A DNA stretch of 64,000 bases, from NCBI GenBank assembly GCA_963767005.1, contig CAVYCN010000002.1, positions 64,001-128,000 on the forward strand. Reading direction: 5' to 3'. A model generated the notes under the pieces. The model was not told the DNA's origin. It ran no database searches and saw only the letters and a program-made list of their open reading frames with translations. Of this stretch, positions 8,193 to 18,123 are shown piece by piece. The stretch is from an uncultured Actinomycetes bacterium (GTDB lineage: Bacteria > Actinomycetota > Thermoleophilia > UBA2241). A program made the translations under genes and the position numbers. Numbering within the stretch: the stretch's first letter is position 1; each line of letters begins with the position of its first letter.

Positions 8193-9944
8193 GTGCCGGC
8201 CGGCGAGCGGCGCGGCGGCGGGCCGGGCAGCGGCGCCCGCGGCGGCGCGCGCCGACCGGCCCGTCGCCGCGCCGCTCGCGATGCCGCGAGCGTGCGCCGC
8301 ACCCTCGACGGCCGCGTGCGGCTGCTGCGCATCGGTTTCGTCGTCGCCTTCCTTCTGATCGGAGGCAAGGCCGTCGCCCTCACCGTGAGCGACGGCCACC
8401 TCGCCGCGATCGCCCGCGAGCAGCAGGTGCGCACCATCGCCCTGCCGGCCCACCGCGGCGCCATCGTCGACCGCAACGGCGTCGACCTGGCCGTCGCGCG
8501 TACGGCCAAGACGGTCTACGCCACGCCGTACATGCTGGCCGACCCGCTCACTGCCGCCAGGGAGCTCGCGGCGGCCCTCAAGCTCAAGTGGCGCCCCATC
8601 TACCGGGCCATCGACCACCCCAGGAGCGGCTTCGCCTACGTCGCTCGGCAGGCCGACCCCGCGCTCGCCGACAGGGCCACGGCGCTTGCCCTGCCGGGTG
8701 TCGGCAGCTACGTCGAGGAGAAGCGGGTCTACCCGCTGGACTCGGCGGCCGCGCAGGTGGTCGGCTACGCCGGGACCGACGGACACGGCCTCGCCGGCAT
8801 GGAGTACCGCTACGACCGCGAGCTGGCCGGCAAAGCGGGCCGGCAGGTCGTGATCGAGGACCCCGCCGGCCAGGCGCTGCGCACCATCCAGTCGGTGTCG
8901 CCGGTGTCGGGGAAGGACGTGCGCCTGACGATCGACAGCGGCATCCAGCTCGTCGCCGACAGCGTCCTCGCCACCACCGTGCGCCAGTTTCACGCCAAGG
9001 GCGGCACGGCGATCGTCGAGAACCCGAAGACCGGCGAGATCTACGCCCTCTCCAACGTGCCGCTGCTCAACGCCAATCACTTCGGCAGCGCGCCCCGCGA
9101 CCAGGGTAACCAGGCGGTGATCTACACCTATGAGCCCGGCTCGACCTTCAAGATGGTGACGGTCGCCGGCGCCCTGTCGGACGGCGTCGTCGCGCCCGGC
9201 ACCTCGTTCCTGCTGCCGCCGGCGCTCAAGGTCGGCGACCGCGTCATCCACGACGCCGAGACGCGCGGCACCGAGCGCATGACGGTACGCAAGATCCTCG
9301 AGGTGTCGAGCAACATCGGCGCCGTCACGATCGGCGAGCAGCTCGGCAAGGACCGCCTGCTCGACTGGATCGACCGCTTCGGCTTCGGCCGGCTCACCGG
9401 CATCGACTTCCCGGGCGAGGTGCCCGGCTTCGTCCTGCCCGCCGACAAATGGTGGTCCTCGACGATCGGCAACGTGCCGATGGGACAGGGGATCTCGGTC
9501 ACGCCCATCCAGATGGTCGCCGCCTACGGCGCGATCGCCAACGGCGGCGTCATGATGACGCCGCACCTGACCGCCCAGGTCGGCACGCATGTGATCAGGC
9601 CCGCGACGGGGCGCCGCGTGGTGTCGGCCGCGGTGGCGGCCGAGCTGCGCGCGATGCTCTCCGACGTCGTCGCCGACGGCACCGGCGTCAAGGCGCAGAT
9701 CCCCGGCTACAAGGTGGCCGGCAAGACGGGCACCGCCCAGAAGGCGCTGGCGAACGGGCTCGGCTACTCCAAGGTGAACTACGTCGCTTCGTTCATCGGC
9801 ATGGTGCCGGCCCGCGACCCGCAGCTCGTCGTGGCCGTGGTGGTCGACGAGCCGCGGCCCGACTACTGGGGCGGCGACGTGGCGGCGCCGGCCTTTCGCC
9901 AGATCGCAAGCTATGCCCTGCAGCGCCTCGAGATCGCGCCGTGA
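8193..9944 (+). CDS. ftsI: class B penicillin-binding protein FtsI
   Basis: RGAIVDRNG, KRVYP, YEPGSTFK (SxxK), SSN, KTGT. Confidence 0.93.
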   Translation: MPAGERRGGGPGSGARGGARRPARRRAARDAASVRRTLDGRVRLLRIGFVVAFLLIGGKAVALTVSDGHLAAIAREQQVRTIALPAHRGAIVDRNGVDLAVARTAKTVYATPYMLADPLTAARELAAALKLKWRPIYRAIDHPRSGFAYVARQADPALADRATALALPGVGSYVEEKRVYPLDSAAAQVVGYAGTDGHGLAGMEYRYDRELAGKAGRQVVIEDPAGQALRTIQSVSPVSGKDVRLTIDSGIQLVADSVLATTVRQFHAKGGTAIVENPKTGEIYALSNVPLLNANHFGSAPRDQGNQAVIYTYEPGSTFKMVTVAGALSDGVVAPGTSFLLPPALKVGDRVIHDAETRGTERMTVRKILEVSSNIGAVTIGEQLGKDRLLDWIDRFGFGRLTGIDFPGEVPGFVLPADKWWSSTIGNVPMGQGISVTPIQMVAAYGAIANGGVMMTPHLTAQVGTHVIRPATGRRVVSAAVAAELRAMLSDVVADGTGVKAQIPGYKVAGKTGTAQKALANGLGYSKVNYVASFIGMVPARDPQLVVAVVVDEPRPDYWGGDVAAPAFRQIASYALQRLEIAP

Positions 9945-9977
9945 GCACGGCCGGCCGGTCTGATACCATTGGCCGGC

Positions 9978-11513
9978 ATGGACCTCGCCGCTCTCGTCGC
10001 CGTTCTTGACCAGTCCCGCGTCAACGGCGACCCCCACGTCGAGATCGGATCGCTCTCGAGCGACACGCGCGACGTCGCACCCGGGTCGCTCTTCTTCTGC
10101 GTCCCCGGACTCAAGGCCGACGGCCACGACTACGCGCCGCAGGCGGTGACCGCCGGAGCCGTCGCGCTCGTCTGCGAGCGGCCGCTCGCGCTGCCGGTGC
10201 CCCAGATCGTGGTGGCGAGCGCGCGCCGCGCCATGGCGCTCATGGCGGCGCGGTTCTGCGGCGACCCCACGCGCGCGCTGCGCGTGGCCGGCATCACCGG
10301 CACCAACGGCAAGACGACCACGGCCCATCTGCTGGCCGGCGTCTTCGCCGCCGCCGGCCTGCGGCCGGCGCTGCTCGGCACCGTCGCCAACCGCATCGCC
10401 GGCGTCGAACGCCCGGCCCGGCTCACCACGCCCGACTCGCTCGAGCTGCAGCGCCTGTTCGGCGAGATGGTCGACGGTGGCGACCGGTCGTGCGTCATGG
10501 AGGTCTCGTCGCATGCCCTCGCCCTCGACCGCACGACCGGCATCAGCTTCGCCGCCGTCGTGTTCACCAACCTCTCGCGCGACCATCTCGACTTCCACCC
10601 GTCGCTCGACGCCTACTTTGCCGCCAAGCGCACGCTCTTCCTGCCCGACGAGCGCCGTCGCGAGGGCGCCGTCGCCGTGGTGAACGCCGGCGACGAGCAC
10701 GGCCGGCGTCTGATCGCCGACTGCCGGCCGCTCTACGGCGACGACCTCTGGACATATGCGCTCGAGGATGACGGCGGCGCCGAGGGAGAGGTCGACTGCG
10801 CGGCAGCCGACCTCGCCCTCGGCGCCGCCGGCTCGACCTTCAGGCTGCGCGCGCCTCGCCTCGGACTCGACGAGGTGTTCACCATCGCGCTGCCGGCGCG
10901 CTTCAACGTAGCCAACGCCCTGACCGCCGCGACCGCCGCCCTCGCCATGGGCCTGCCCCTCACGGCGGTGCGCGAGGGGCTGAGCGGCGCCCGCGTCGTG
11001 CCGGGGCGCGTCGAGCCCGTCGATGCCGGTCAGCCCTTCAGCGTGCTCGTCGACTACTCGCACACTCCCGACTCGCTTGAGAACGTGCTGCGGGCCGTGC
11101 GAGCCGTCACCGGCGGCCGCCTGCTCACCGTGTTCGGCTGCGGCGGCGACCGCGACCGCGGCAAGCGGCCGCTCATGGGCGCGGTCGCCGCCGGCCTCGC
11201 CGACCTCGCCGTGCTCACCTCCGACAACCCGCGCGGCGAAGACCCCCTGGCGATCATCGCCGAGGTCATGACCGGCGTGCCGGCCGCGGCCGCCGGCCGG
11301 GTGCTGATCGAGCCCGACCGGCGCGCGGCGATCCGCCGCGCCCTCGCCGCGGCGCGCGCCGGCGACGCCGTCGTGATCGCCGGCAAGGGGCACGAGACCT
11401 ACCAGATACTGGGGCCGCGCACGATCCACTTCGACGACCGCGAGGTGGCCACCGAGGAGCTCACCGCGCTCGGCTACGGCGCCGGCGCCGCGGCCGCGGA
11501 GGGTCGATCGTGA
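9978..11513 (+). CDS. murE: UDP-MurNAc-tripeptide synthetase MurE
   Basis: GITGTNGKTT, MEVSSH, DHLDFH, DYSHTPD, DNPR (meso-DAP type), AGKGHE. Confidence 0.95.
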   Translation: MDLAALVAVLDQSRVNGDPHVEIGSLSSDTRDVAPGSLFFCVPGLKADGHDYAPQAVTAGAVALVCERPLALPVPQIVVASARRAMALMAARFCGDPTRALRVAGITGTNGKTTTAHLLAGVFAAAGLRPALLGTVANRIAGVERPARLTTPDSLELQRLFGEMVDGGDRSCVMEVSSHALALDRTTGISFAAVVFTNLSRDHLDFHPSLDAYFAAKRTLFLPDERRREGAVAVVNAGDEHGRRLIADCRPLYGDDLWTYALEDDGGAEGEVDCAAADLALGAAGSTFRLRAPRLGLDEVFTIALPARFNVANALTAATAALAMGLPLTAVREGLSGARVVPGRVEPVDAGQPFSVLVDYSHTPDSLENVLRAVRAVTGGRLLTVFGCGGDRDRGKRPLMGAVAAGLADLAVLTSDNPRGEDPLAIIAEVMTGVPAAAAGRVLIEPDRRAAIRRALAAARAGDAVVIAGKGHETYQILGPRTIHFDDREVATEELTALGYGAGAAAAEGRS

Positions 11514-12910
11514 TCGGCCTGACGCTCGACGAGGTCGCGGCCGCCTGCGGCGGCCGCCTCGAGACGCGCGACTCCCTGGCCGTGGCCACCGGCGTGGCGA
11601 TCGACAGCCGCGAGGTGAAGCCCGGCGACCTGTTCGTCGGGCTGCCCGGCGAGAACTGCGACGGCGGCGACTTCGCCGCCGTCGCCCTGGCCGCCGGCGC
11701 CGTCGCCGCGGTCGTCACTCCGCGTGCCGCCGGCGCGCTGCGGGCCGGCACGTCGCGCGTCGTGGTCGACGACACGGGCCGCGCGCTGCGTGCCCTGGCC
11801 GCCGCGGTGCGGCGCCGTTCGGGGGCCGCGGTCGTGGCCATCACCGGCAGCGTCGGCAAGACCTCGACCAAGGACATCCTCGCCGCACTGCTCGCACCGG
11901 TGGGGCGCGTGGTGGCCACGAGCGGCAACCACAACAACGAGATCGGCGTGCCGCTCACCGTCTTCGAGCTCGACCGCAGCACCGAGGTGCTCGTCTGCGA
12001 GCTCGCCATGCGCGGCCGTGGCCAGATCGCCGAGCTCGCCGCCATCGTCAGGCCCGACGTCGGCGTGATCACCAACATCGCCCCGGTCCACCTCGAGCTC
12101 ATGGGCACCATCGAGGAGGTCGCCGCCGCCAAGGCCGAGCTCATCGCCGAGGTGGGCAAGGGCGCGCTCGTGGTGCCGTCCGACGAGGCCCTGCTCGAGC
12201 CCCATCTGCGCTACCACACGGGGCGGCTCGTCACCTTCGGCGGCGAGAGCGGCAACGTGACCGTCGCCGAAGCCGAGGTCCGCGGCCACGGCACCCACGC
12301 CCTGATCGACGCATTCGGGCGGCGCGCCGCCTTCGACTTCAACTTCAGCGGCGGCCACTACCTGCAGGACGCCCTCGCGGCGATCGGCGCCTTCATCGCC
12401 CTCGGCTACAACCTCGAGGACGCCAAGAAGGGCGCCGCTGCGGTCGAGTTCTCGGCGCTGCGCGGCCGTGTGACCGAGCTGCCCGGCGGCGGCTTGCTGC
12501 TGAACGACGCCTACAACGCCAGCCCGCTGTCGATGAAGGCCGCGATCGACCATCTCTGCGCGCTGGCCGGCGAGCGGCCGCTCGTGGCCGTGCTGGGCGA
12601 CATGTTCGAGCTCGGCTCCGGGGCGGTCGCCTTTCACCGCGACATCGGCCGGTACGCCGCCGAGCACGGCGTCCGTGTGATCGCCGTCGGCGAGCTCGCC
12701 CGCGCCTATGTCGCCGACGCCGCGACCGGCGACTGGTACGGCACGGTCGAAGAGCTGCTGGCGGCGCTGCCGGGGGCGGTCGCCTCCGGCAGCGCCGTCC
12801 TCGTCAAAGCCTCGCGTGCCGCCCGCCTCGAGCGCGTCGCCGACGCCATCCAGGCTCCGCCCGCGGCCCCCGCGACGCCCGCGGCCCCCGCCGCTCCCGA
12901 GGCGTCCTGA
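11510..12910 (+). CDS. murF: UDP-MurNAc-pentapeptide synthetase MurF
   Basis: ITGSVGKTSTK, NNEIGVPLT, DAYNASP, LGDMFELG, VKASR. Confidence 0.95.
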   Translation: MIGLTLDEVAAACGGRLETRDSLAVATGVAIDSREVKPGDLFVGLPGENCDGGDFAAVALAAGAVAAVVTPRAAGALRAGTSRVVVDDTGRALRALAAAVRRRSGAAVVAITGSVGKTSTKDILAALLAPVGRVVATSGNHNNEIGVPLTVFELDRSTEVLVCELAMRGRGQIAELAAIVRPDVGVITNIAPVHLELMGTIEEVAAAKAELIAEVGKGALVVPSDEALLEPHLRYHTGRLVTFGGESGNVTVAEAEVRGHGTHALIDAFGRRAAFDFNFSGGHYLQDALAAIGAFIALGYNLEDAKKGAAAVEFSALRGRVTELPGGGLLLNDAYNASPLSMKAAIDHLCALAGERPLVAVLGDMFELGSGAVAFHRDIGRYAAEHGVRVIAVGELARAYVADAATGDWYGTVEELLAALPGAVASGSAVLVKASRAARLERVADAIQAPPAAPATPAAPAAPEAS

Positions 12911-13896
12911 TGTTCACCGCCCTCGCCGCCGGCATCACGTCGATGGTCGTCATCCTGGTCGTCGGGCCCTGGTTCATCGAGTGGCTGCGCCGCAACGAGT
13001 TCGGCCAGACGATCCGCGAGGAGGGGCCCGAGGGGCACAAGACCAAGGAGGGCACGCCGACCATGGGCGGCGTGCTCATCTGGCTCGCGGTGCTCGTGCC
13101 GTTCTTCATCTTCAGCCAGCTCTCGGTCGCCTCGTTCTCGGTGCTCGTCATCGCCCTCGGCTGCGCCTTGATCGGCTTCGCCGACGACTGGATGAAGATC
13201 ATCAAGGGGCGCTCGCTGGGGCTCTCGGCGCGCTGGAAGCTGCTGCTGCAGCTCGCCCTCGGTCTGCTCGCCGGCTTCATCGCCCTGCACTTCGCCGGAC
13301 TCACGACGAGCGTCACCATCCCCTTCTCGCACGCCCAGTGGCACCTCGGCACGGTCGGCTTCTACGCGCTCGTCTTCCTCGTGATCGCCTCGGCCAGCAA
13401 CACGGTCAACCTGACCGACGGCCTCGACGGCCTGGCCGCCGGCAGCGCGGCCATCGTGCTGCTCGCCTACGCCGGCATCGCCTTCATCATCGGTCGCCAC
13501 GAGCCCGACCCCGGCATCCTCGACCTCTCCGTGCTGTCGACCTGCATCGTCGGCGCCTGTCTGGGCTTTCTGTGGTTCAACACCTTCCCCGCCGACGTCT
13601 TCATGGGCGACACCGGCTCGCTCGGCCTGGGCGGCGCGATCGCCGGCCTCGCGATCCTCACGCGCACCGAGCTCCTGCTCATCGCCGTCGGGGGCATCTT
13701 CGTGATCGAGGGTCTGTCGGTGATCCTCCAGGTCGCGTCGTTCAAGCTCACCGGCCGGCGCATCTTCCTGATGGCGCCGCTCCACCACCACTTCGAGCTG
13801 CTGAACTGGTCGGAGACCAAGGTGATCGTGCGCTTCTGGATCGTCACGGCGATCCTCGCCGGCCTCGGTTTCGCGATCTACTACGCGACGTTCTGA
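12910..13896 (+). CDS. mraY: phospho-N-acetylmuramoyl-pentapeptide transferase
   Basis: GTPTMGG, FADD, NLTDGLDGL, FMGDTGS, MAPLHHHFEL. Confidence 0.97.
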   Translation: MFTALAAGITSMVVILVVGPWFIEWLRRNEFGQTIREEGPEGHKTKEGTPTMGGVLIWLAVLVPFFIFSQLSVASFSVLVIALGCALIGFADDWMKIIKGRSLGLSARWKLLLQLALGLLAGFIALHFAGLTTSVTIPFSHAQWHLGTVGFYALVFLVIASASNTVNLTDGLDGLAAGSAAIVLLAYAGIAFIIGRHEPDPGILDLSVLSTCIVGACLGFLWFNTFPADVFMGDTGSLGLGGAIAGLAILTRTELLLIAVGGIFVIEGLSVILQVASFKLTGRRIFLMAPLHHHFELLNWSETKVIVRFWIVTAILAGLGFAIYYATF

Positions 13897-13917
13897 CGGC
13901 GGGCTCCGCCGCGATGC

Positions 13918-14057
13918 CTCAAGCACGACTCGACCCCGCCGCCGCGCGCCTTCGCGGCGGCGCCCGGCTCGACTGGACCGCCGTCGTGCCTGACCTCGAG
14001 GAAGGGTCGAGGGGGACCCTCAAGTGACACGAGAGACTGTCTCGACCACAGGTCGAG
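13918..14057. promoter_or_regulatory. array of four CTC(A/G)A-N7-dyad boxes (MerR/FtsR-like operator candidates)
   Basis: CTCAA-N7-TCGAC (13918), CTCGA-N7-TCGAG (13995), CTCAA-N7-GAGAG (14019), CTCGA-N7-TCGAG (14041). Confidence 0.5.
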
Positions 14058-14157
14058 GCCGGCGCTGCAGGGTTCGGCCCCGCGGGCCCGGAACAGCGAA
14101 GAAGAGGTCCGGACGACGCGGTCACGCGCGGCGTCCGGCCGACGGGAAGGAAGGACA

Positions 14158-15603
14158 GTGACCGGCAGCGCCATCGACGCTCGCGCCATCGCCGTGATCG
14201 GGCTGGGCCGATCGGGCCTCGCCGCCGCGCTGCTCGCGCGGCGCGAGCTGCCCGGCGCGACGCTCACCGTGATCGACCAGAAGCCCGCTGCCGCGCTCGG
14301 CGAGGCGCCGGTCCGGCTGCGCGCGGCTGGCGCCGACCTGCTGCTCGGCGAGGCGGCGCGGCTGCCGGCCGGCGTCGACCTCGTCGTCAAGAGCCCCGGC
14401 GTGCCCAACAGCGCGCCGGCGGTCGCCGCCGCCCTGGCGGCCGGCGTGACGATTTGGAGCGAGGTCGAGTTCGCGGCGCGTTTCCTCACCAACCGCTGGA
14501 TCGCGATCACCGGCACGAACGGCAAGACCACGACCACCGAGCTCACCGGCCAGATCCTGCGCGACGCCGGGCGCCCCGTCGAGGTGGCCGGCAACGTGGG
14601 CCGGGCGCTCGCCAACCTGCCCGGCGCGATCGACCCCGGGGCGGTCGTGGTCGCCGAGCTGTCGAGCTTCCAGCTCGAGCACATCGTGCGCTTCCGACCC
14701 GATGTCGCCGTGTTGCTCAACCTGACCGAAGACCACATCGACCGGCACGGCAGCTACGACGGCTACGTCGCCGCCAAGCTGCGCGTGTTCGAAAACCAGG
14801 GGGCCGCCGACCTCGCGCTCGTGAACCTGGACGACCCCGGCCTCGCCGCCGTGCTCGGCGACCTGCCGGGCCGCGCGCGCCGCGGCGGCTTCACGCTGGG
14901 CGCCCCGGCGGGCGCGGCCGGCACGCGGCCGGGCGCGGCCGCGGCCGGCATCGAGGCGCTGGCAGGCGTCGACGACGGCACGGTCTGGCTGCGCAGCGCG
15001 GCCGGTCGCGAGCCCCTCTGTGCGACCTCCGAGCTCGCCCTGAAGGGCGACCACAACCTGGCCAACTCGCTCGCGGCGGCGGCCGCGGCCACGGCGGTCG
15101 GCGTGGTCGCGGCCGACGTCGCCCACACGCTGCGCACCTTCGCCGGCGTCGCCCATCGCCTCCAGGTGGTCGGCACGGCCGGCGGCGTGACCTGGGTGAA
15201 CGACTCCAAGGCGACCAACGTCGACGCCGCCCTCAAGGCGCTCACGGCGTACTTCGGACCGGTGCACATGATCCTCGGGGGCTCGCTCAAGGGCGCCTCG
15301 TTCGACCCGCTCGCGGCCGGCACCGAGGGGCGTGTCAAGGAGGCCATCCTGATCGGCCAGGCGGCGGCGCCGCTGCGCGAGGCCTTCGAGCGGCGCGCCG
15401 CGGCGGGGGAGAGGGCGACGCCGTTCATCGTGCTGCCCGACCTGGCGGCCGCCGTGGCCCACGCCGCGGCGACGGCGGCGCCCGGCGACGTCGTGCTGCT
15501 CAGCCCGGCGTGCGCGAGCTTCGACCAGTATAGGAACTTCGAGGAACGGGGCGAACACTTCGCCGACCTGGTCAAGCGCCTCGAGGAGCACCGTCCGTCA
15601 TGA
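14158..15603 (+). CDS. murD: UDP-MurNAc-L-Ala--D-Glu ligase
   Basis: GLGRSG, SPGVP, ITGTNGKTT, ELSSFQL, NDSKATN, LLSPACASFDQY; RBS gaagga before GTG. Confidence 0.96.
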   Translation: MTGSAIDARAIAVIGLGRSGLAAALLARRELPGATLTVIDQKPAAALGEAPVRLRAAGADLLLGEAARLPAGVDLVVKSPGVPNSAPAVAAALAAGVTIWSEVEFAARFLTNRWIAITGTNGKTTTTELTGQILRDAGRPVEVAGNVGRALANLPGAIDPGAVVVAELSSFQLEHIVRFRPDVAVLLNLTEDHIDRHGSYDGYVAAKLRVFENQGAADLALVNLDDPGLAAVLGDLPGRARRGGFTLGAPAGAAGTRPGAAAAGIEALAGVDDGTVWLRSAAGREPLCATSELALKGDHNLANSLAAAAAATAVGVVAADVAHTLRTFAGVAHRLQVVGTAGGVTWVNDSKATNVDAALKALTAYFGPVHMILGGSLKGASFDPLAAGTEGRVKEAILIGQAAAPLREAFERRAAAGERATPFIVLPDLAAAVAHAAATAAPGDVVLLSPACASFDQYRNFEERGEHFADLVKRLEEHRPS

Positions 15604-17087
15604 CCGCCGGCCGGCCGCGCAGCGAAGGGGAGAGCCGCAGCCGCCGGGCGGCGCCCGGCGGCGCCGCGCGCGGCGCCGGCCGCCCCGACGAGCTCGCGGT
15701 GCCGCACTGGCTCGAGGAGCCCATCCCCGAGCGGCGCCGCGGCGAGCGCCGCGCCGCGCCGCGGCGCGATGCCGAGGCGCCGGCGCCGTCGCGCGCGACC
15801 GCGTCCGCGCGCCGCGCCGCCGCCGAGCCGCCGCCCGAGCGCCGGCGCTCAGTCGAACGGCGCTCGGCCGCCCGCCGCCGCGTCGGCGCCCCCGGCCTCG
15901 TCGAGCGCCGCATCCTGCTGACCACGACCGTCCTTCTGCTGCTCTTCGGCCTCGTCATGGCCTACAGCGCCTCGACCTACAAGGCCTACGACCTGTACAA
16001 GTCGAGCTGGTACATGATCGAGCGCCAGGTGTTCTTCGCCGTGCTCGGGGTGATCGCCATGGTGGTGCTCGCTCGCGTCGACTACGCGATGTGGCGCACG
16101 TTCGCCAAGCCGCTCTGGATCTTCGCCCTCTTCAGCCTGCTCGTCGTGCTCGTGCCGGGGGTCGGCACCGAGGTGAACGGGGCGCGACGCTGGATCGTCG
16201 TGGCCGGCTTCTCGTACTCGCCGAGCGAGCTCGCCAAGCTGGCCTGCATCTGCCTGGTCGCGGGTCTCGCCGTGAAGCGGCCGGCCGACGTGCTCACCGC
16301 CGGCGGCTTCGCTCGCCTCGTCGCGGTCGGCGTGGGGCCGGCCGCCGTGCTCATCATGGCCGAGCCCGACCTCGGCACGACCATCATCCTGGCGCTGGCC
16401 GTGCTGACCGTGATCGTCGCCGCCGGCGCCCGGGTGCGCCATCTCGTCACACTGGGCTCGCTCGCCGTGGCCGGCGTCGCCCTCGCCATCGTGACCGAGC
16501 CCTACCGGATGGCGCGCCTCACCGCGTTCGTCCACCCCTGGAAGGACCCGCGCGGCGCCGGCATGCAGACCGTGCAGTCGCTCATCTCGATCGCCTCGGG
16601 GCATGTGTTCGGCGTGGGCCTCGGCAACTCGGTGCAGAAGTTCGGCTTCCTGCCCGAGCAGACGACCGACTCGATCACGGGTATCATCGGCGAAGAGCTC
16701 GGTCTGGTCGGGCTGCTCGTGCTGATCGCCCTGTACGTCGTGCTGGTGTGGACGATCCTGCACATCGCCCTGCGCAGCCGCGAGCCCTACGGCAAGCTGC
16801 TGGCCGCCGGCATCGGCAGCGCGATCGGCGTGCAGGCGGCCTTCAACATCGGCGCGGCCTTCGGCGTGCTGCCGCTCACCGGCGTGCCGCTGCCACTCGT
16901 GTCGTTCGGCGGCACGAGCCTGGTCGTGGTGCTCGCCGGCGTCGGCATCGTGGCCAACATCGCAAGCAACCGCAGGAGCTACATCGTTGCCAGCACCTCA
17001 CACCCGAAACGCACTGCACGACATCCGCGTCCTCGTGGCGGCGGGGGGGACCGGCGGGCATCTCACGCCGGCGCTCGCGGTCGCTGA
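15600..17087 (+). CDS. ftsW: SEDS peptidoglycan polymerase FtsW
   Basis: NGARRWI, PSELAK, EPDLGT, IGEELG, LPLTGVPLPLVSFGG; long disordered N-terminus, start uncertain. Confidence 0.93.
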   Translation: MTAGRPRSEGESRSRRAAPGGAARGAGRPDELAVPHWLEEPIPERRRGERRAAPRRDAEAPAPSRATASARRAAAEPPPERRRSVERRSAARRRVGAPGLVERRILLTTTVLLLLFGLVMAYSASTYKAYDLYKSSWYMIERQVFFAVLGVIAMVVLARVDYAMWRTFAKPLWIFALFSLLVVLVPGVGTEVNGARRWIVVAGFSYSPSELAKLACICLVAGLAVKRPADVLTAGGFARLVAVGVGPAAVLIMAEPDLGTTIILALAVLTVIVAAGARVRHLVTLGSLAVAGVALAIVTEPYRMARLTAFVHPWKDPRGAGMQTVQSLISIASGHVFGVGLGNSVQKFGFLPEQTTDSITGIIGEELGLVGLLVLIALYVVLVWTILHIALRSREPYGKLLAAGIGSAIGVQAAFNIGAAFGVLPLTGVPLPLVSFGGTSLVVVLAGVGIVANIASNRRSYIVASTSHPKRTARHPRPRGGGGDRRASHAGARGR

Positions 17088-18123
17088 CGAGCTCACCGCG
17101 CGGGGCGCGCTCGTCACGTTCGTCACCACGCCCTCGCAGGTCGAGCGCGTGGGCGAGCGCTATCGCGCCTACGCTCTCGAGATGCGCGGCTTCGAGCGGC
17201 ACCTGCTGGCCCGGGCCAACGTGGTCACGGTGCGGCGTCTCGCCGCCGCGGCGCCGCGCGCCTGGCGGATCGTCTCCGAGGTGCGGCCGCGGGTCGCGGT
17301 CGGGGGTGGTGGCTACCTGAGCGGCCCCGTGGTCGCCCTGGCAGCCGTGCGCGGCGTGCCCTCGCTGGCGATCGAGGCCGACGCTCACCTGGGGGTGACC
17401 AACTGGCTGCTCTCGCCGCTCGTCTCCCGCGTCTGCCTGAGCTTCCCCATCAAGGGGCACAAGCCGCCGCGCTACGTGGTCACGGGGCGGCCGCTGGCGG
17501 CCGCCCAGATCGACGCCGATCCGCTGGCCGGGCGCGCGGCGTTCGGCTTGCCGGCCGACGCGCCGGTCGTGCTCGTCTTCGGTGGCAGCCAGGGCGCTCA
17601 GACGCTGAACCGCGCCTGTCTCGAGGCCTTCGGCTCGGGACCGCTCGAGCTGCAGCTCCTGCACATCTGCGGACCGCGCCACTTCGACGAGACCGCGGCC
17701 GCCCTCGCGGCGGGCGGTGCCGACGTTGAGCACTACCACCTGCTGCCCTACACTGACGACCTGGCGCACGCCATGTCGGCGGCCGACCTCGTGGTCGGCC
17801 GGGCCGGCGGCTCGGTCGCCGAGATCGCGGCGCTGGGTCGCCCGGCGGTGCTGGTGCCCTATCCTCATGCCACCGCCGACCACCAGAGCAAGAACGCCGC
17901 CTGGATGGCGGCGGCGGGGGCCGCGGTCGTCGTCCCCGACGCCGAGCTCGACGGGCCCCGGCTCGGCGGCCTCGTACGCGAGTTGCTGGCCGACAGGGAG
18001 CGCCTGGCGCGCATGGCGGCGGCCAGCCGCACGGCGGGCCGGGCCGACGCCACGCAGCGGGTGGTCGACGAGATCGAGGGCCTGCTCGACGAGCGGGTGC
18101 AGGAGCAGCGCACATGGTCTTGA
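16987..18123 (+). CDS. murG: lipid II GlcNAc transferase MurG
   Basis: GGTGGH, FGGSQGA, RAGGSV.EI, PYP.A..DHQ.KNA; start uncertain, overlaps the ftsW 3' end. Confidence 0.93.
   Translation: MPAPHTRNALHDIRVLVAAGGTGGHLTPALAVADELTARGALVTFVTTPSQVERVGERYRAYALEMRGFERHLLARANVVTVRRLAAAAPRAWRIVSEVRPRVAVGGGGYLSGPVVALAAVRGVPSLAIEADAHLGVTNWLLSPLVSRVCLSFPIKGHKPPRYVVTGRPLAAAQIDADPLAGRAAFGLPADAPVVLVFGGSQGAQTLNRACLEAFGSGPLELQLLHICGPRHFDETAAALAAGGADVEHYHLLPYTDDLAHAMSAADLVVGRAGGSVAEIAALGRPAVLVPYPHATADHQSKNAAWMAAAGAAVVVPDAELDGPRLGGLVRELLADRERLARMAAASRTAGRADATQRVVDEIEGLLDERVQEQRTWS

Noticed and set aside
7755-11429. 1224-aa minus-strand ORF and similar long antisense ORFs (e.g. 41423-44020, 54021-56222)
   Set aside because: These are shadow frames of well-supported plus-strand genes, expected at this GC content, with no protein motifs.
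16987-17087. ftsW/murG overlap as a programmed frameshift or fusion
   Set aside because: Both frames are complete on their own, no slippery site is seen, and short overlaps are ordinary in dcw clusters.
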